Positions 1-10,030 of a stretch of 64,000 bases of DNA are shown here, piece by piece (positions within the stretch are counted from its first letter, which is position 1; each line of letters begins with the position of its first letter). Origin of the DNA: Verrucomicrobiaceae bacterium (lineage in GTDB: Bacteria; Verrucomicrobiota; Verrucomicrobiia; Verrucomicrobiales; Akkermansiaceae); assembly GCA_051252135.1 (NCBI GenBank), contig JBPOGH010000017.1, positions 39,558 through 103,557 on the forward strand, in the 5' to 3' direction. The translations under genes were made by a program, and so were the position numbers. The notes under the pieces were generated by a model. It was given only the letters and a program-made list of their open reading frames with translations. It was not told the origin of the DNA and did not search any database.

Positions 1-2
1 GG

Positions 3-191
3 AAACAAATCTTTGTTGATATTCGAAAGCTAGTGAATGCCATCGATCGTGCTGAAAATTCCTCAGAGGACCTCAAATCTGCTCTCCTTCAAAAAGTTCG
101 CTCGACCGCCCCCTATGCAAGCGCAGCGAGAATCTATCTACGTCAGTATCGCGAGCGTGCTTGGGTGCAAGACTTGTTGGAAGACCTGTAA
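3..191 (+). CDS. 3' end of a gene entering the window (unknown; possibly a defence-associated nuclease)
   Basis: Open frame 3..191 (KQIFVDIRKL...APYASAARIYLRQYRERAWVQDLLEDL*), ending 6 nt before the next ATG; the function is a guess from context. Confidence 0.55.
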   Translation, partial: KQIFVDIRKLVNAIDRAENSSEDLKSALLQKVRSTAPYASAARIYLRQYRERAWVQDLLEDL

Positions 192-197
192 ACACCA

Positions 198-1760
198 ATG
201 AATCGAAAAAACTTCATCACCTCTCTGGGAGCAACTTGTAAAAACTGGACCTGGTCATGGAGTTTTATCAACGAGGCCGAGCGCTTCATCGTCTTTGGAG
301 AATGGGATGTTTACGCGCAAGAAAACGAATCCCTCATCTTCTCGAAGGAATGGAGGTTATCGGCCAAAGGTCATCGAACTTCGGGCTATTCTCAAAGTCT
401 AGATCATCTCAACCTAATCGAGAACCATGGCTACCGCCTCTTCACCTTTCCCATGGAACTAGATCAAGCGGGCAGAGAGGAACACGATCCGGCATCGATC
501 AAATCCATTGTGCCTCAGCTCGAAGAGAAAAAACTGCTCCAACGCGACAACCAATGGTTCGCAATTCCCTTGGACACCCAAACTCAAGACAGGCTCTCTC
601 GCTTTCATTTCCAACACTACTTCCAACGCTTCCTCGCCGATGTCCGCCAACACGATGGTCGTGAATTCCAATCCTTTAAAAATCCCGGGATTGCCTTTGA
701 GTGGGAAGGCTACAAAGAAACTCTTTACGCCATTGCACAGAAGCGCCTCAAAATAGCCACGTGGACAGACGACCTACCCGGCTCCGGAGAAATCCTTCGG
801 AGCGTCGTCGATGCGATTGAGATCAAATCTACCGCCGAACATTCCGGCAACAACCTTCTTAAGTGGTCCCAATACGGTACCCACAACATTCTCATCGAAG
901 CCCAGCAGGACCCCAAACTCTGCTTCACCATTGAGAGTCTCCTTTTCGATTTCTACACCGGCGAACTCAATGGCGAAGACGTCTTCGATCCTCTGGTCGA
1001 AGCGATTGGCGCAAAATACCCTCTCATCGCCTACCTCTTTTTCATTAGTGACTGCGACCGCTACCTCCCCATCGCCCCCGAGCACTTTGACAGCGCATTT
1101 CACGCTCTAAACATCGACCTCCAAACGAGTCGGCAGTGCTCATGGGAGAACTACTCCCGCTATCTCAAAACCATTCAAGAAATTCAGACCTTGATACGCG
1201 CTGAAGGCTACCAAAACACCAGCCTGCTCGATGCGCATTCCTTCACCTACATGTTCGATCATCCCAAATTTCGAACAGACGAGGACTCTCTGGATTTACC
1301 TCAAATCACGGAATCAAAAGGGCAGACTTTCGGAGCCACTCAACCTCAAAAGCCCTGGAACGATTGGGAAGCCCTCGCAAAAGCCCGCAAGGAACTCGGA
1401 GACCTGGGCGAACAAATCGCCTTGGAGTTCGAAAAACAACGCCATCTTGCCAACGGCCAAGAGCAATTCATCGAAGAAACAACGCTCGTCAGTGAAGACC
1501 ACACTCTCGGTTACGACATCATCTCCCGCGAACCCGATGGAAGCCCCCGCCTGATCGAAGTCAAAACGATTTCAGATCACTGTATGCCGAAAACCTTCTA
1601 CACAAGCTCCCGCCAACTCGAAGTGGCTTCAGAATCAAACTCCCACTTCTACTACATCGTCGAACACGCTCGTTCCGAAAACCCCACCGTTCGCACCCTC
1701 AAAGCCACGGACATTCCATCGGACCGCCGAGAGCCCATCGTTTACAAGATCACCCTTTAA
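198..1760 (+). CDS. DUF3883 (NOV-C)/PD-(D/E)XK domain protein, putative restriction/defence nuclease
   Basis: C-terminal 'G.LGEQIA..FEK...GYDIIS...IEVKT' motif typical of DUF3883; the N-terminal and central regions resemble domains fused to HNH/type IV restriction proteins. Confidence 0.7.
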   Translation: MNRKNFITSLGATCKNWTWSWSFINEAERFIVFGEWDVYAQENESLIFSKEWRLSAKGHRTSGYSQSLDHLNLIENHGYRLFTFPMELDQAGREEHDPASIKSIVPQLEEKKLLQRDNQWFAIPLDTQTQDRLSRFHFQHYFQRFLADVRQHDGREFQSFKNPGIAFEWEGYKETLYAIAQKRLKIATWTDDLPGSGEILRSVVDAIEIKSTAEHSGNNLLKWSQYGTHNILIEAQQDPKLCFTIESLLFDFYTGELNGEDVFDPLVEAIGAKYPLIAYLFFISDCDRYLPIAPEHFDSAFHALNIDLQTSRQCSWENYSRYLKTIQEIQTLIRAEGYQNTSLLDAHSFTYMFDHPKFRTDEDSLDLPQITESKGQTFGATQPQKPWNDWEALAKARKELGDLGEQIALEFEKQRHLANGQEQFIEETTLVSEDHTLGYDIISREPDGSPRLIEVKTISDHCMPKTFYTSSRQLEVASESNSHFYYIVEHARSENPTVRTLKATDIPSDRREPIVYKITL

Positions 1761-1769
1761 CCCCTCCAG

Positions 1770-1874
1770 AAAAGCTGCCTCTTCAGCTTCATAATCGATC
1801 CCAACATCAGCAGCCCCACCGTCCGCACCATCTCCCTCAAACGCCTCAACTCCGACTACTTCGAGGACAACTAG
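1770..1874 (+). pseudogene. mrr: Degenerate 3' remnant of an Mrr-family restriction endonuclease gene
   Basis: Translates KSCLFSFIIDPNISSPTVRTISLKRLNSDYFEDN*, resembling the Mrr C-terminus pattern L..LMID.N.GV......LKR.DSDYF.E; no start codon. Confidence 0.6.
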
Positions 1875-1933
1875 TCTCCCTTACAAAACAAACCCACCAA
1901 CCCGCACCACATTTCCCATCGGAAACTCGCGAG

Positions 1934-4900
1934 TTACTCCTGAAGCGCAACCTCCACTCTCACAAAGACAGGGTTCAGGTTGCCCGCAATCCCGTCTTCA
2001 TTATCGATCGCTTCCACATCAACGTTCAGGCTCATCAGCGCTCCGGTCCCGGGCGTGCTCGTGATGGGAGACCAGGTGACCAAGTCGCTCGACCAAGTGA
2101 GATTGTAAACCCGCCCGGCAACGCTCTGCCAGCTCACCTCGGCGGTGTTCCCCTGCATCGCAAAGCCACTGATTTTGAAAATATCGCTACTGTCCGTGGG
2201 ATCGGTGCCGGCGATAAACTCGCTAAGATTTGAGATCCCATCGCCATCAAGATCAGCGGTCGCATCAAGAGGCCAATCCGGATCGAGACCATTGGCGAGT
2301 TCGTAGGAATTTGGGATGTGATCGCCATCGTTATCCGGTGCGCGCGGAAACAGACTCGTCGATTCCGTAGTGCGGAGATTGTCGAGTAAGCCAAGCAGAT
2401 CCCGACCCGTGAGCGCGGTCAGCTCGTTACGAATCGCCGTGTCATTCGTGACGTTCATGATGAGGTTGTCGTTCTCTCCGAGGTCGACATTCTGTTCGAA
2501 GAGTTGTTTCGGAGAACCTTGGTCAACACCGGCAGCTCCGGAGAGTTCGATGTTGTCCGTCTTCCATGATCTGTCCGAGCTTCCTCCGGTGGCATCGATG
2601 AACTTCCACCCGTCGTAGGTCTTCAGTGCCAGGTCCCCTCGCTGGGCGCAGAGCACAATCGCTTCACGCTGAATCGAGGGCTTCGCTTGGCCTCGGATGA
2701 GGTTGAGAAAACTTTCCCCGTCAGGCGCCGTCGTGTTTGGTAGATCTGCTCCGAGGTAGGCTGCGATGGAAGCGAAGATGTCGCCCTGCCAAATGGGATC
2801 GGTGACTTTCATGCCCGCAGCCGCTTGTCCCGGCCAACGAACCATGAAGGGAACCCGGGTTCCGCCATCATAAGTTTCCCGTTTGTGGCCACGCAAGGGG
2901 CCGTTGGAATCGCTGCCGAAGAGGACGCTCTCTCGTTGCATGTCGTGCTCGGGGCCATTGTCCGAGGTGAACACCACCATCGTATTGGGACCAAAACCGT
3001 TGCCATCGATCGCGGCGAGAATGCGACCGACACGATCATCGACCTCCCGCATCCAGTCCGCAAAAATAAATCCCCGGTTGGTGTCCGCTCCAATGAAAGG
3101 TGGGGTCAATGCCCACGGGCGGTGAGGCGAGTGCAGAGGAAGGTAGACAAAGAAAGGGTCGGTATCTCCACTGCTCGCGCGATCTGCAAAGTAAGCCTCC
3201 GCATCGTTCACCAGCTGCGGACCGGCGTCGACCTGCCTGTAGGAAGGATCGCCAAGACCTGCCCGTGATCCTTTCGCTCCCACCACCGTGGAATTGAGCT
3301 CGGAAGTTGTAAACCAGCGAAAGGGATCGGAGTTGAGCGCATCGCGGTAGCCTCCCGCTCCCCCATTGAGCGAGGTGTCCCAAAACTGCATCCGGTCATC
3401 GATCATGTAAACGTAAGGCGCAAAGTTGATCGCCACCGCATTGCCGCGATAATAGTCAAAGCCGTGGTCAGTGGCATGCAACTCCACTCGGCGTTCCCAG
3501 TCGACATCAGCGGTATCCACGGGATTGTCGGTGATCCGGGTGCCATTGCGGCGATAAAAAGCGCCCCCAAGGTGCCACTTGCCGATCGCAGCAGTGTCGT
3601 ATTGCTGGGTTTTGAGGAACTCGGCGATCGTGACATCAGAGACCCGTGGCAACTCATCACCACCAATCGTGCCGCCCCAGTTGTTGGTGATATTGTTAAA
3701 CTCTCGCCAGTTGTATTTCCCGGTCAGCAGTGAGTAGCGGCTGGGAGTGCACACGCCATTTGCAGAGTGGCCCTGGGTAAACATGACGCCCGCCGTGGCC
3801 AGAGAATCGATGTTTGGAGTAGGGGCCGAGCTCGTGGTGCCAAACAAATTGCCGTAGGCGGAAATATCGCCGAAGCCCAGGTCATCCGCATAAATGATCA
3901 CCACGTTCGGCTTCGATGCAGAAGGCCGGTGATCGGGGATGCTCGTTGTATCGTTCGGGTTGGAACCAAAGGCCACCTCCGCTTCATCGCGGTAGCTATC
4001 GCCATCACTATCGACAAAAGGAATGATCGGGCCGCTGTCGGGCGGCTGCGCATTGGGATCGGTGCCCGCCAGGATTTCGGTGTGGTCGTCCACTCCATCG
4101 CCATCGGAGTCCGCTTCGAGCGGGTCGGTCGGATCACCCGGAGGACCGGATTTCACCCCCCCGACCCATGGGTTGAGCGTTCCGTTCACTTCCTGTCCAT
4201 CGAGTAGCCCATCATCGTCCGAGTCGCTGTCTTGCGGGTCGGTGCCCGCAGTATACTCTTCCAGATTGGTCAAGCCGTCCGGCCCTCCCACGGCATCGTT
4301 GTCGAGGCCCCCATCATCGACATTGGGATCAAGCCCATTTGCCGTTTCATAGCTGTCGGGCATCCCATCCTTGTCGGAATCAAGCGCACCGGTAACAACC
4401 AATCGGGGATTGCTGAACCCCGCGGCATTCGACTCCAAGCTGCCGCCGAAGACCACAAAACCGTAGTTATCGATCGTCCCATCCACCCAGCCTGACACGA
4501 TGCTGGTGACATCCGCGGAGACCGAAGCCGGAGGTGCGAGCGCGGAGATGTCTTCGATTAAGGACCTCCGGTCCCCGGCATCATCCAGACCCCACGAGTG
4601 CAGAGGAAGAGTCGTGGTACCATCCCAAGCACCGTTGGTGACCCGACCCAAAACCGCCGCAGTGCTATTCAAATTGTTCAGTTGAAAGTCGTAGTCTGCC
4701 GTGAATGAAACCGAAAAACCGGGACCGTTGATTTCAGCCACGGTCAGAGAGCTCACATCAAAATTCAAAAACGAGCTGATCCGGAGATCGGTTTGAGCCG
4801 CACTTCGTCTCTCACGGATGTAAAAGTCGGCATCGGCGGGTGAGTCTCCGCTGTTCACGCTGGCAGCGCCCGTCACTGCCGGACTTTGTGCATCGGTCAC

Positions 4901-5713
4901 AAAGATCGTGGTCGGGACGAGCGTGCTGGAAGAAGTCACGGAGTCACCATTGACCGAAATGGATGCAACCTGGACAACGGTGTCCGCTTCATTCACCTGC
5001 TGATAAACCATTGAAGCAAACACCGAACTGTCGTTGGTCAGCGTGGAATAATCGAAGCCAGCAGGCCAGGAGCCATCGGCATCCACTGAGCCCGTAAGTC
5101 CCGTGAGACAGACTTCCCAGCCGCTCGCATCAAAGCGATAATTAACAGTGTAGCCATCTTGAAGACTGGCCAGGGTGTAGGTCCCGAGAGAAGAAATGAT
5201 CACTTCGTTTCCACTCGCATTGTCGTAGACAAAATTGACGACTCCTCCGAGAAAACGAATCCCCAAAGCCCAACCATCGGCGCCCCCTGCAAGCTCGGAG
5301 TTGTTCCAGAGCTCCGTGTTGTTTCCCGTGAGACCTGCCCAGTGCCCGTTATGGGTGGGTTGCCCGTCGGGGTCTGTAATGCTGGTGATGGTGATCGAAG
5401 CAGTGATTGCGGAAAAGAGCGCCCCATTGAAAGAGCCATCACTCACACAACCCACCGCGCCACTCGAAGCCTCGTCGGTGGACATCGAAGCTTCCCCGGT
5501 GGCGTTGTTCCAGGAAGGCCCCCCAATCGAATTCGAAATGACGCTGAAGCTCTCGAGCAACCCGTCCGCGGTATTGTTGAAAGTGGCGTCGATGATGGCC
5601 TCACTCGCGGGAGTGATGGAGGCCGAAGATGTCTCTGGCAGAGATAACCCAAAAAGGAGCAATGAGGCAGAAAGGCCTTTTTGAACCGATGAAATCCTGT
5701 GGGACGCGCGCAT
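1934..5713 (-). CDS. Secreted multidomain sulfatase (formylglycine-dependent) with DNRLRE-like domain, TSP3-like repeats and C-terminal domain
   Basis: Signal peptide; KPNVVIIYADDLG, CTPSRYSLLTG, GKWHLG and FTSDNG sulfatase motifs; DSDxDG repeats. Confidence 0.92.
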   Translation of the reverse strand: MRASHRISSVQKGLSASLLLFGLSLPETSSASITPASEAIIDATFNNTADGLLESFSVISNSIGGPSWNNATGEASMSTDEASSGAVGCVSDGSFNGALFSAITASITITSITDPDGQPTHNGHWAGLTGNNTELWNNSELAGGADGWALGIRFLGGVVNFVYDNASGNEVIISSLGTYTLASLQDGYTVNYRFDASGWEVCLTGLTGSVDADGSWPAGFDYSTLTNDSSVFASMVYQQVNEADTVVQVASISVNGDSVTSSSTLVPTTIFVTDAQSPAVTGAASVNSGDSPADADFYIRERRSAAQTDLRISSFLNFDVSSLTVAEINGPGFSVSFTADYDFQLNNLNSTAAVLGRVTNGAWDGTTTLPLHSWGLDDAGDRRSLIEDISALAPPASVSADVTSIVSGWVDGTIDNYGFVVFGGSLESNAAGFSNPRLVVTGALDSDKDGMPDSYETANGLDPNVDDGGLDNDAVGGPDGLTNLEEYTAGTDPQDSDSDDDGLLDGQEVNGTLNPWVGGVKSGPPGDPTDPLEADSDGDGVDDHTEILAGTDPNAQPPDSGPIIPFVDSDGDSYRDEAEVAFGSNPNDTTSIPDHRPSASKPNVVIIYADDLGFGDISAYGNLFGTTSSAPTPNIDSLATAGVMFTQGHSANGVCTPSRYSLLTGKYNWREFNNITNNWGGTIGGDELPRVSDVTIAEFLKTQQYDTAAIGKWHLGGAFYRRNGTRITDNPVDTADVDWERRVELHATDHGFDYYRGNAVAINFAPYVYMIDDRMQFWDTSLNGGAGGYRDALNSDPFRWFTTSELNSTVVGAKGSRAGLGDPSYRQVDAGPQLVNDAEAYFADRASSGDTDPFFVYLPLHSPHRPWALTPPFIGADTNRGFIFADWMREVDDRVGRILAAIDGNGFGPNTMVVFTSDNGPEHDMQRESVLFGSDSNGPLRGHKRETYDGGTRVPFMVRWPGQAAAGMKVTDPIWQGDIFASIAAYLGADLPNTTAPDGESFLNLIRGQAKPSIQREAIVLCAQRGDLALKTYDGWKFIDATGGSSDRSWKTDNIELSGAAGVDQGSPKQLFEQNVDLGENDNLIMNVTNDTAIRNELTALTGRDLLGLLDNLRTTESTSLFPRAPDNDGDHIPNSYELANGLDPDWPLDATADLDGDGISNLSEFIAGTDPTDSSDIFKISGFAMQGNTAEVSWQSVAGRVYNLTWSSDLVTWSPITSTPGTGALMSLNVDVEAIDNEDGIAGNLNPVFVRVEVALQE

Positions 5714-5816
5714 TTTTCCGGGAATAGTAAGAGGTGAAAAATAGGAGAGGTCGATAAAACCCCTCCTGTTGAATGAATAATTTTAGAGTGCTTCGATCTG
5801 GGATTGAATCAGCAAC

Positions 5817-8039
5817 CTAAAATTCAACTCGAAAGAAAACCTTCCCTACATTCTCCAGCCCAAAATTGGCGAGATCATAAGTGCGGCTGGTGCTTGTTCC
5901 CGCGCCTGCCGGAATCCCGTCTTCGAGTTCCCCTTCCCAATTGATCATATCAAGTGAGAAAAACACACTGAAGGTGTCCGATTCCATCGAATCCCAGGTC
6001 AGGGATACCGTGTTATCGACCCGATTCACTGAGATATCCGTAATCTGGAGAGTCCGGGGACCCGCTTCACGAACTTGCATGAAGTTCAACACATTCGCTC
6101 CGGATCCTAGCGGGTCTCCTCCTGGAAAAAGCTGCTTCACCTCAAAAGTCTGAACCGTCGAGGTCGCGGTGAACGACCCGGTGAAAAGAACCGCCGGATT
6201 TACCGAACCTCCGAAGATCGTGTTCGTCACTCCAACCGGGTCTTCTGCAACTTCCCCTCCCACCCCGTCGATGGTATAAAATCGTCCCGGAATGCTCCCG
6301 GTATCACGATCATCGGCACGACCAATCTGAATCACATAAGATTGCCCGGGAGTGAGGCCCAAGATCGCGACCTTGGGCTCGGTGCCACCGGTCCAACTAC
6401 TCTCCATAAGAGGACTCAGCGCAGGGTCTTCATCGTCATAAAATGTGGGTTGAGCAACCGTTCCGATCGTAATTTGGGTCACGGTATTGCTGGTCGCATT
6501 GGTTCCGACATCATCGACCGCGTCCTCGAAAAGGATGCCATTGACCGTCGCTTCCGGTCCGCCAAAGTTCTCCGCGAAAAGAAGATCACCCTGTGCGATG
6601 AGATCGGTTTCACTCGTCAGCTCCGAAACAGCCCAGGAGATGGTTGCGATCGAAGGAGTCGACGAAAAATCATTGGGGTTCGAACCACCCTCCACTTCGA
6701 CCCCATCCAAAAAGCCATCAAAGTCCATATCGGGAACGGTGGCATCCGTGGTGCTTTCCGCTGCCACTTCAACATCATCACGCAGATGGTCTCCATCCGT
6801 GTCAGGATCCAGTGGATCCGTTGGCCCCGCGACCTCAACCCCGTCACTCAGGGTATCGCCATCAGTATCTGCATTCGTCGGCTTGGTCCCCGCAACTTGC
6901 TCCTCGGAATTGGTGAGATCATCCATGTCGGGGTCGCCAAGCTTCCCGTGATCTCCGGTGGCATCCGCTGGATCGATCCCGTTGGCAATTTCATAGACAT
7001 CAAGCAACTCATCACCGTCCGTGTCATTGGTGAGCGGGTTGGTGACAGAGCCGTTGGCATTATCGAGTTCTTCAAAATCACTCAATCCGTCCGAGTCGGA
7101 ATCGGCAAGCAAGGGCTCGGTTGGCAGCCCTGGCGCTCCCGTCGCCACATTCCCGGGTTGGTCACCTTGGAAAGGATTGAGGGTTCCCTTGACCTCCTCA
7201 CCATCAAGCAAGCCGTCGTCGTCGGAGTCACTATCTTGCGGGTTGGTTCCGGCATTGTATTCTTCGAGGTTGGTCAAGCCATCCGGTCCTCCATCGGCAT
7301 CGGCATCGATCGCCGCATCATCCACATTGGGATCGAGGCCGTTCGCAGTTTCATAATCATCCGGCATACCGTCCCCATCGGTGTCATCAGGAACACTGAT
7401 AACCAATTGGGGATTATTAAAACCGGCTCCTTGGGATTCCAGTAGATTGAAAAAGAGGACGAACCCGTAGTTCGGTTCATTTCCGTCCACCCAATCTTTC
7501 ACGATCTTGGTGACATCGATGGTTAAGGTCTGTCCCGTCGCTGCTTCGGTTGCCACGTTTGGAATAAAATCAACAACGTCTGCGGCGTTCGTGATACCAG
7601 TCGCACCATCAAGGCCATAAGAATGAAGAGGAAAGGTTGTCGTGCTATCCCAGGCTGCCGTCGTCACCCGACCAAGGGACGCGGTTGCCGCATTTAGGGT
7701 GTTCAACTGACCGACATATTCCAGGGTCAGAGATGCGGCGTAGAGGGGAACCGCCAGCGCAGTTGCAGCAGTCGATTCCGTGAGATCGAATTGAATGTAG
7801 GAGCTAATGCGGCGATCATTCTGGGCCGTACTCCGACGCTCGCGAATGGCAAGATCGCCCGTGACCCCCGCATTGACCAAGGCAAGAGCCGCTGTCTCGC
7901 CCACATTCGCCGGATCAAGATTATCGGTGACCGCAGTATCGGAAGGGCTAAGAGTTGTTTGGGCAATGAGGCTTGCCGGAAACGAGGCGAGCGCAAAACA
8001 ACCCAGAACGCAGGTTAAGGAAATTTTTGACGAATTCAT
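5817..8039 (-). CDS. Secreted protein with DNRLRE-like domain and thrombospondin type-3-like Ca-binding repeats
   Basis: Signal peptide, many DTDGDxLxDxxE repeats, C-terminal LTW.S...S.D...W...FFRV domain. Confidence 0.85.
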   Translation of the reverse strand: MNSSKISLTCVLGCFALASFPASLIAQTTLSPSDTAVTDNLDPANVGETAALALVNAGVTGDLAIRERRSTAQNDRRISSYIQFDLTESTAATALAVPLYAASLTLEYVGQLNTLNAATASLGRVTTAAWDSTTTFPLHSYGLDGATGITNAADVVDFIPNVATEAATGQTLTIDVTKIVKDWVDGNEPNYGFVLFFNLLESQGAGFNNPQLVISVPDDTDGDGMPDDYETANGLDPNVDDAAIDADADGGPDGLTNLEEYNAGTNPQDSDSDDDGLLDGEEVKGTLNPFQGDQPGNVATGAPGLPTEPLLADSDSDGLSDFEELDNANGSVTNPLTNDTDGDELLDVYEIANGIDPADATGDHGKLGDPDMDDLTNSEEQVAGTKPTNADTDGDTLSDGVEVAGPTDPLDPDTDGDHLRDDVEVAAESTTDATVPDMDFDGFLDGVEVEGGSNPNDFSSTPSIATISWAVSELTSETDLIAQGDLLFAENFGGPEATVNGILFEDAVDDVGTNATSNTVTQITIGTVAQPTFYDDEDPALSPLMESSWTGGTEPKVAILGLTPGQSYVIQIGRADDRDTGSIPGRFYTIDGVGGEVAEDPVGVTNTIFGGSVNPAVLFTGSFTATSTVQTFEVKQLFPGGDPLGSGANVLNFMQVREAGPRTLQITDISVNRVDNTVSLTWDSMESDTFSVFFSLDMINWEGELEDGIPAGAGTSTSRTYDLANFGLENVGKVFFRVEF

Positions 8040-8167
8040 GGGAAGGATGGGATATGGGACTAATAAACAGAAGATGATCCCGTTCCCTCAGAAGTCTCCG
8101 GGGAGGCGGGATCATGCGACTTCATTCCTCAGTGAAGAACAAATTGGCTGTAAATTGAAAATGTTCC

Positions 8168-8860
8168 CTAGCGACGACGGCGGGCAAAGAGGCCAAGCAC
8201 TCCGAAACCAGCGAGGGCCAGCGACGAGGGCTCGGGAACGGTGGCGGTGTTGATCGCCGCATTGTCCAGAAAGGAAGCTTGGCTGAAGCTGTTGTTCCCC
8301 GGGTTGGCTGCTGCTCGAGTGCCGAACAAAACCAGCCCTTCATTGGCCAAAGTGCCATTGACCCAACCTTGGACAACGGGGGTGACATCGAGAGAAAGTG
8401 CTTGGGCGTCCGGAACAGTGTGCACGTCCGCAAGCAGAAGCGTCTGATTTGCAGAGGCAGCGGCCCATCCAAACGCAGGGAGGCTGGTCGCCGAATCCCA
8501 GATTCCCGAGACGTTCACCCCACCCGAGAGATCAAATCCTGTGTTCACATTGTTGAGATGCCCCACATGATCGATCGTGAATGTGGCCTGGAAACCAGGG
8601 GCGTTCACCTCGGCCGGTGTCAGCGCACTGGTGTCGAAACTCAGGAAAGTGACAACGCGAATATTGGTCTGGTTGGCGTTTTGACGTTCACGGGCAGCGT
8701 AGCTGAACGAAGCAGCATTCGGGGGAGCACCGGTATTGGCCGCTACCGCAACAGTTTCGTCGGCTGTGATCATCACCGAATCACTGAGCGTCAGTGTGAC
8801 GGCTTGGGCTGAGCTAGCCATCGCGAACGCAATAGGACCGTAAATAAGAGAATTTTTCAT
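8168..8860 (-). CDS. PEP-CTERM protein with DNRLRE-like domain
   Basis: Signal peptide; ends VPEPSSLALAGFGVLGLFARRRR. Confidence 0.9.
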   Translation of the reverse strand: MKNSLIYGPIAFAMASSAQAVTLTLSDSVMITADETVAVAANTGAPPNAASFSYAARERQNANQTNIRVVTFLSFDTSALTPAEVNAPGFQATFTIDHVGHLNNVNTGFDLSGGVNVSGIWDSATSLPAFGWAAASANQTLLLADVHTVPDAQALSLDVTPVVQGWVNGTLANEGLVLFGTRAAANPGNNSFSQASFLDNAAINTATVPEPSSLALAGFGVLGLFARRRR

Positions 8861-9260
8861 GGAGTTGATGCTGTAATTAAAAATGTTTTTGGACGGTGAC
8901 CGCCCTTGGAATCAATGGGTACCTTGAAAGAGTCCAGGACACGCTGACGGCCACGGCGTGCACTATAATGAACAGTTCGTCGCTGTTTCAAAGATCTATT
9001 TCCTACTCAACAACGTCTTAGCTCAAAAAAACGGGGCACTCATCCCCGTTTCCTTCACCTTACGTCTTCTATAACCACATGAAATCCTCCATCGAGGTCG
9101 CCGCTTTTATGTATCCTGATCCAGGCGATCTAGGCTAGCCCACCCACCATGAACCCTCCGCCCTTGCTTGATCGACTGAAAACACCGTCCATTTTCCTTC
9201 TTTTGCATCCAATCTCCCCCTGTTAGCGTTGCAGGTTCCGCCTAATCTACTAATAATCAA

Positions 9261-9854
9261 ATGACTTATACTCCAAAACCTCGCCACCTCGCCTGCTTAA
9301 CCGCCCTCTCCATCGCCTCAATCCCTCAGGCCCAAGCTGCCTTCCACCTCTACGATATTCAGGAGGTATACAGCAACTCGGATGGCACCGTGCAATTCAT
9401 CGAACTCTTCACTGCATCCAACAGCCAGCAATTCCTCAATGGACATGAACTTTGGGTCAGAAACAGCGCTGCCGCAGTCGTCGGTGAATACGTCTTCCCA
9501 AGCAACGGCCCGTCTCCTACCGCCAACACCGTGCTCCTCCTGGGAACCTCGAACTTGACCGCACTCTACGGCGTCACCCCTGACTTCGTCATCCCCGCCA
9601 ACTTCCTGAACAGCGCAGCTGGCAACTACCTCGACTTCGACGGACAGGACCTCGTCAACATCGACTCCCTTCCCCTCGACGGAACCCAATCCCTCGACGG
9701 ACTCGTAGGAAACAATGCCCGAACCTCATTCGCCATCAACGCCAATGCCACTCCGACCAACTACGCCGGACAAACCGCCACCGTTCCCGAACCCTCGACC
9801 GGCCTTGTTACCCTCCTCGGCCTGACTGTCTTGGGCGCCCGCCGTAAGCGCTAG
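9261..9854 (+). CDS. PEP-CTERM protein
   Basis: Signal peptide (AQA-A); ends VPEPSTGLVTLLGLTVLGARRKR. Confidence 0.9.
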   Translation: MTYTPKPRHLACLTALSIASIPQAQAAFHLYDIQEVYSNSDGTVQFIELFTASNSQQFLNGHELWVRNSAAAVVGEYVFPSNGPSPTANTVLLLGTSNLTALYGVTPDFVIPANFLNSAAGNYLDFDGQDLVNIDSLPLDGTQSLDGLVGNNARTSFAINANATPTNYAGQTATVPEPSTGLVTLLGLTVLGARRKR

Positions 9855-9886
9855 CCCGCTCTTCAAAAATCAAAATCAACGGCAAT

Positions 9887-9917
9887 ATGGCGCCCTCCCC
9901 GGAGGTCGCCATTTTTT
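9887..9917 (+). terminator. Intrinsic terminator
   Basis: ATGGCG-CCCTCC...GGAGG-TCGCCAT hairpin followed by a T run. Confidence 0.65.
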
Positions 9918-10030
9918 CGTTTCGCCCATACACCATGCATTCCGCTTTCAAAGTAGGACCTTCAACTTGGGGGAATTGCTCCCGCTGCCAAGCCCCGGTG
10001 CAATTTTCAGTGTTCACTCACCTCTCTTAG

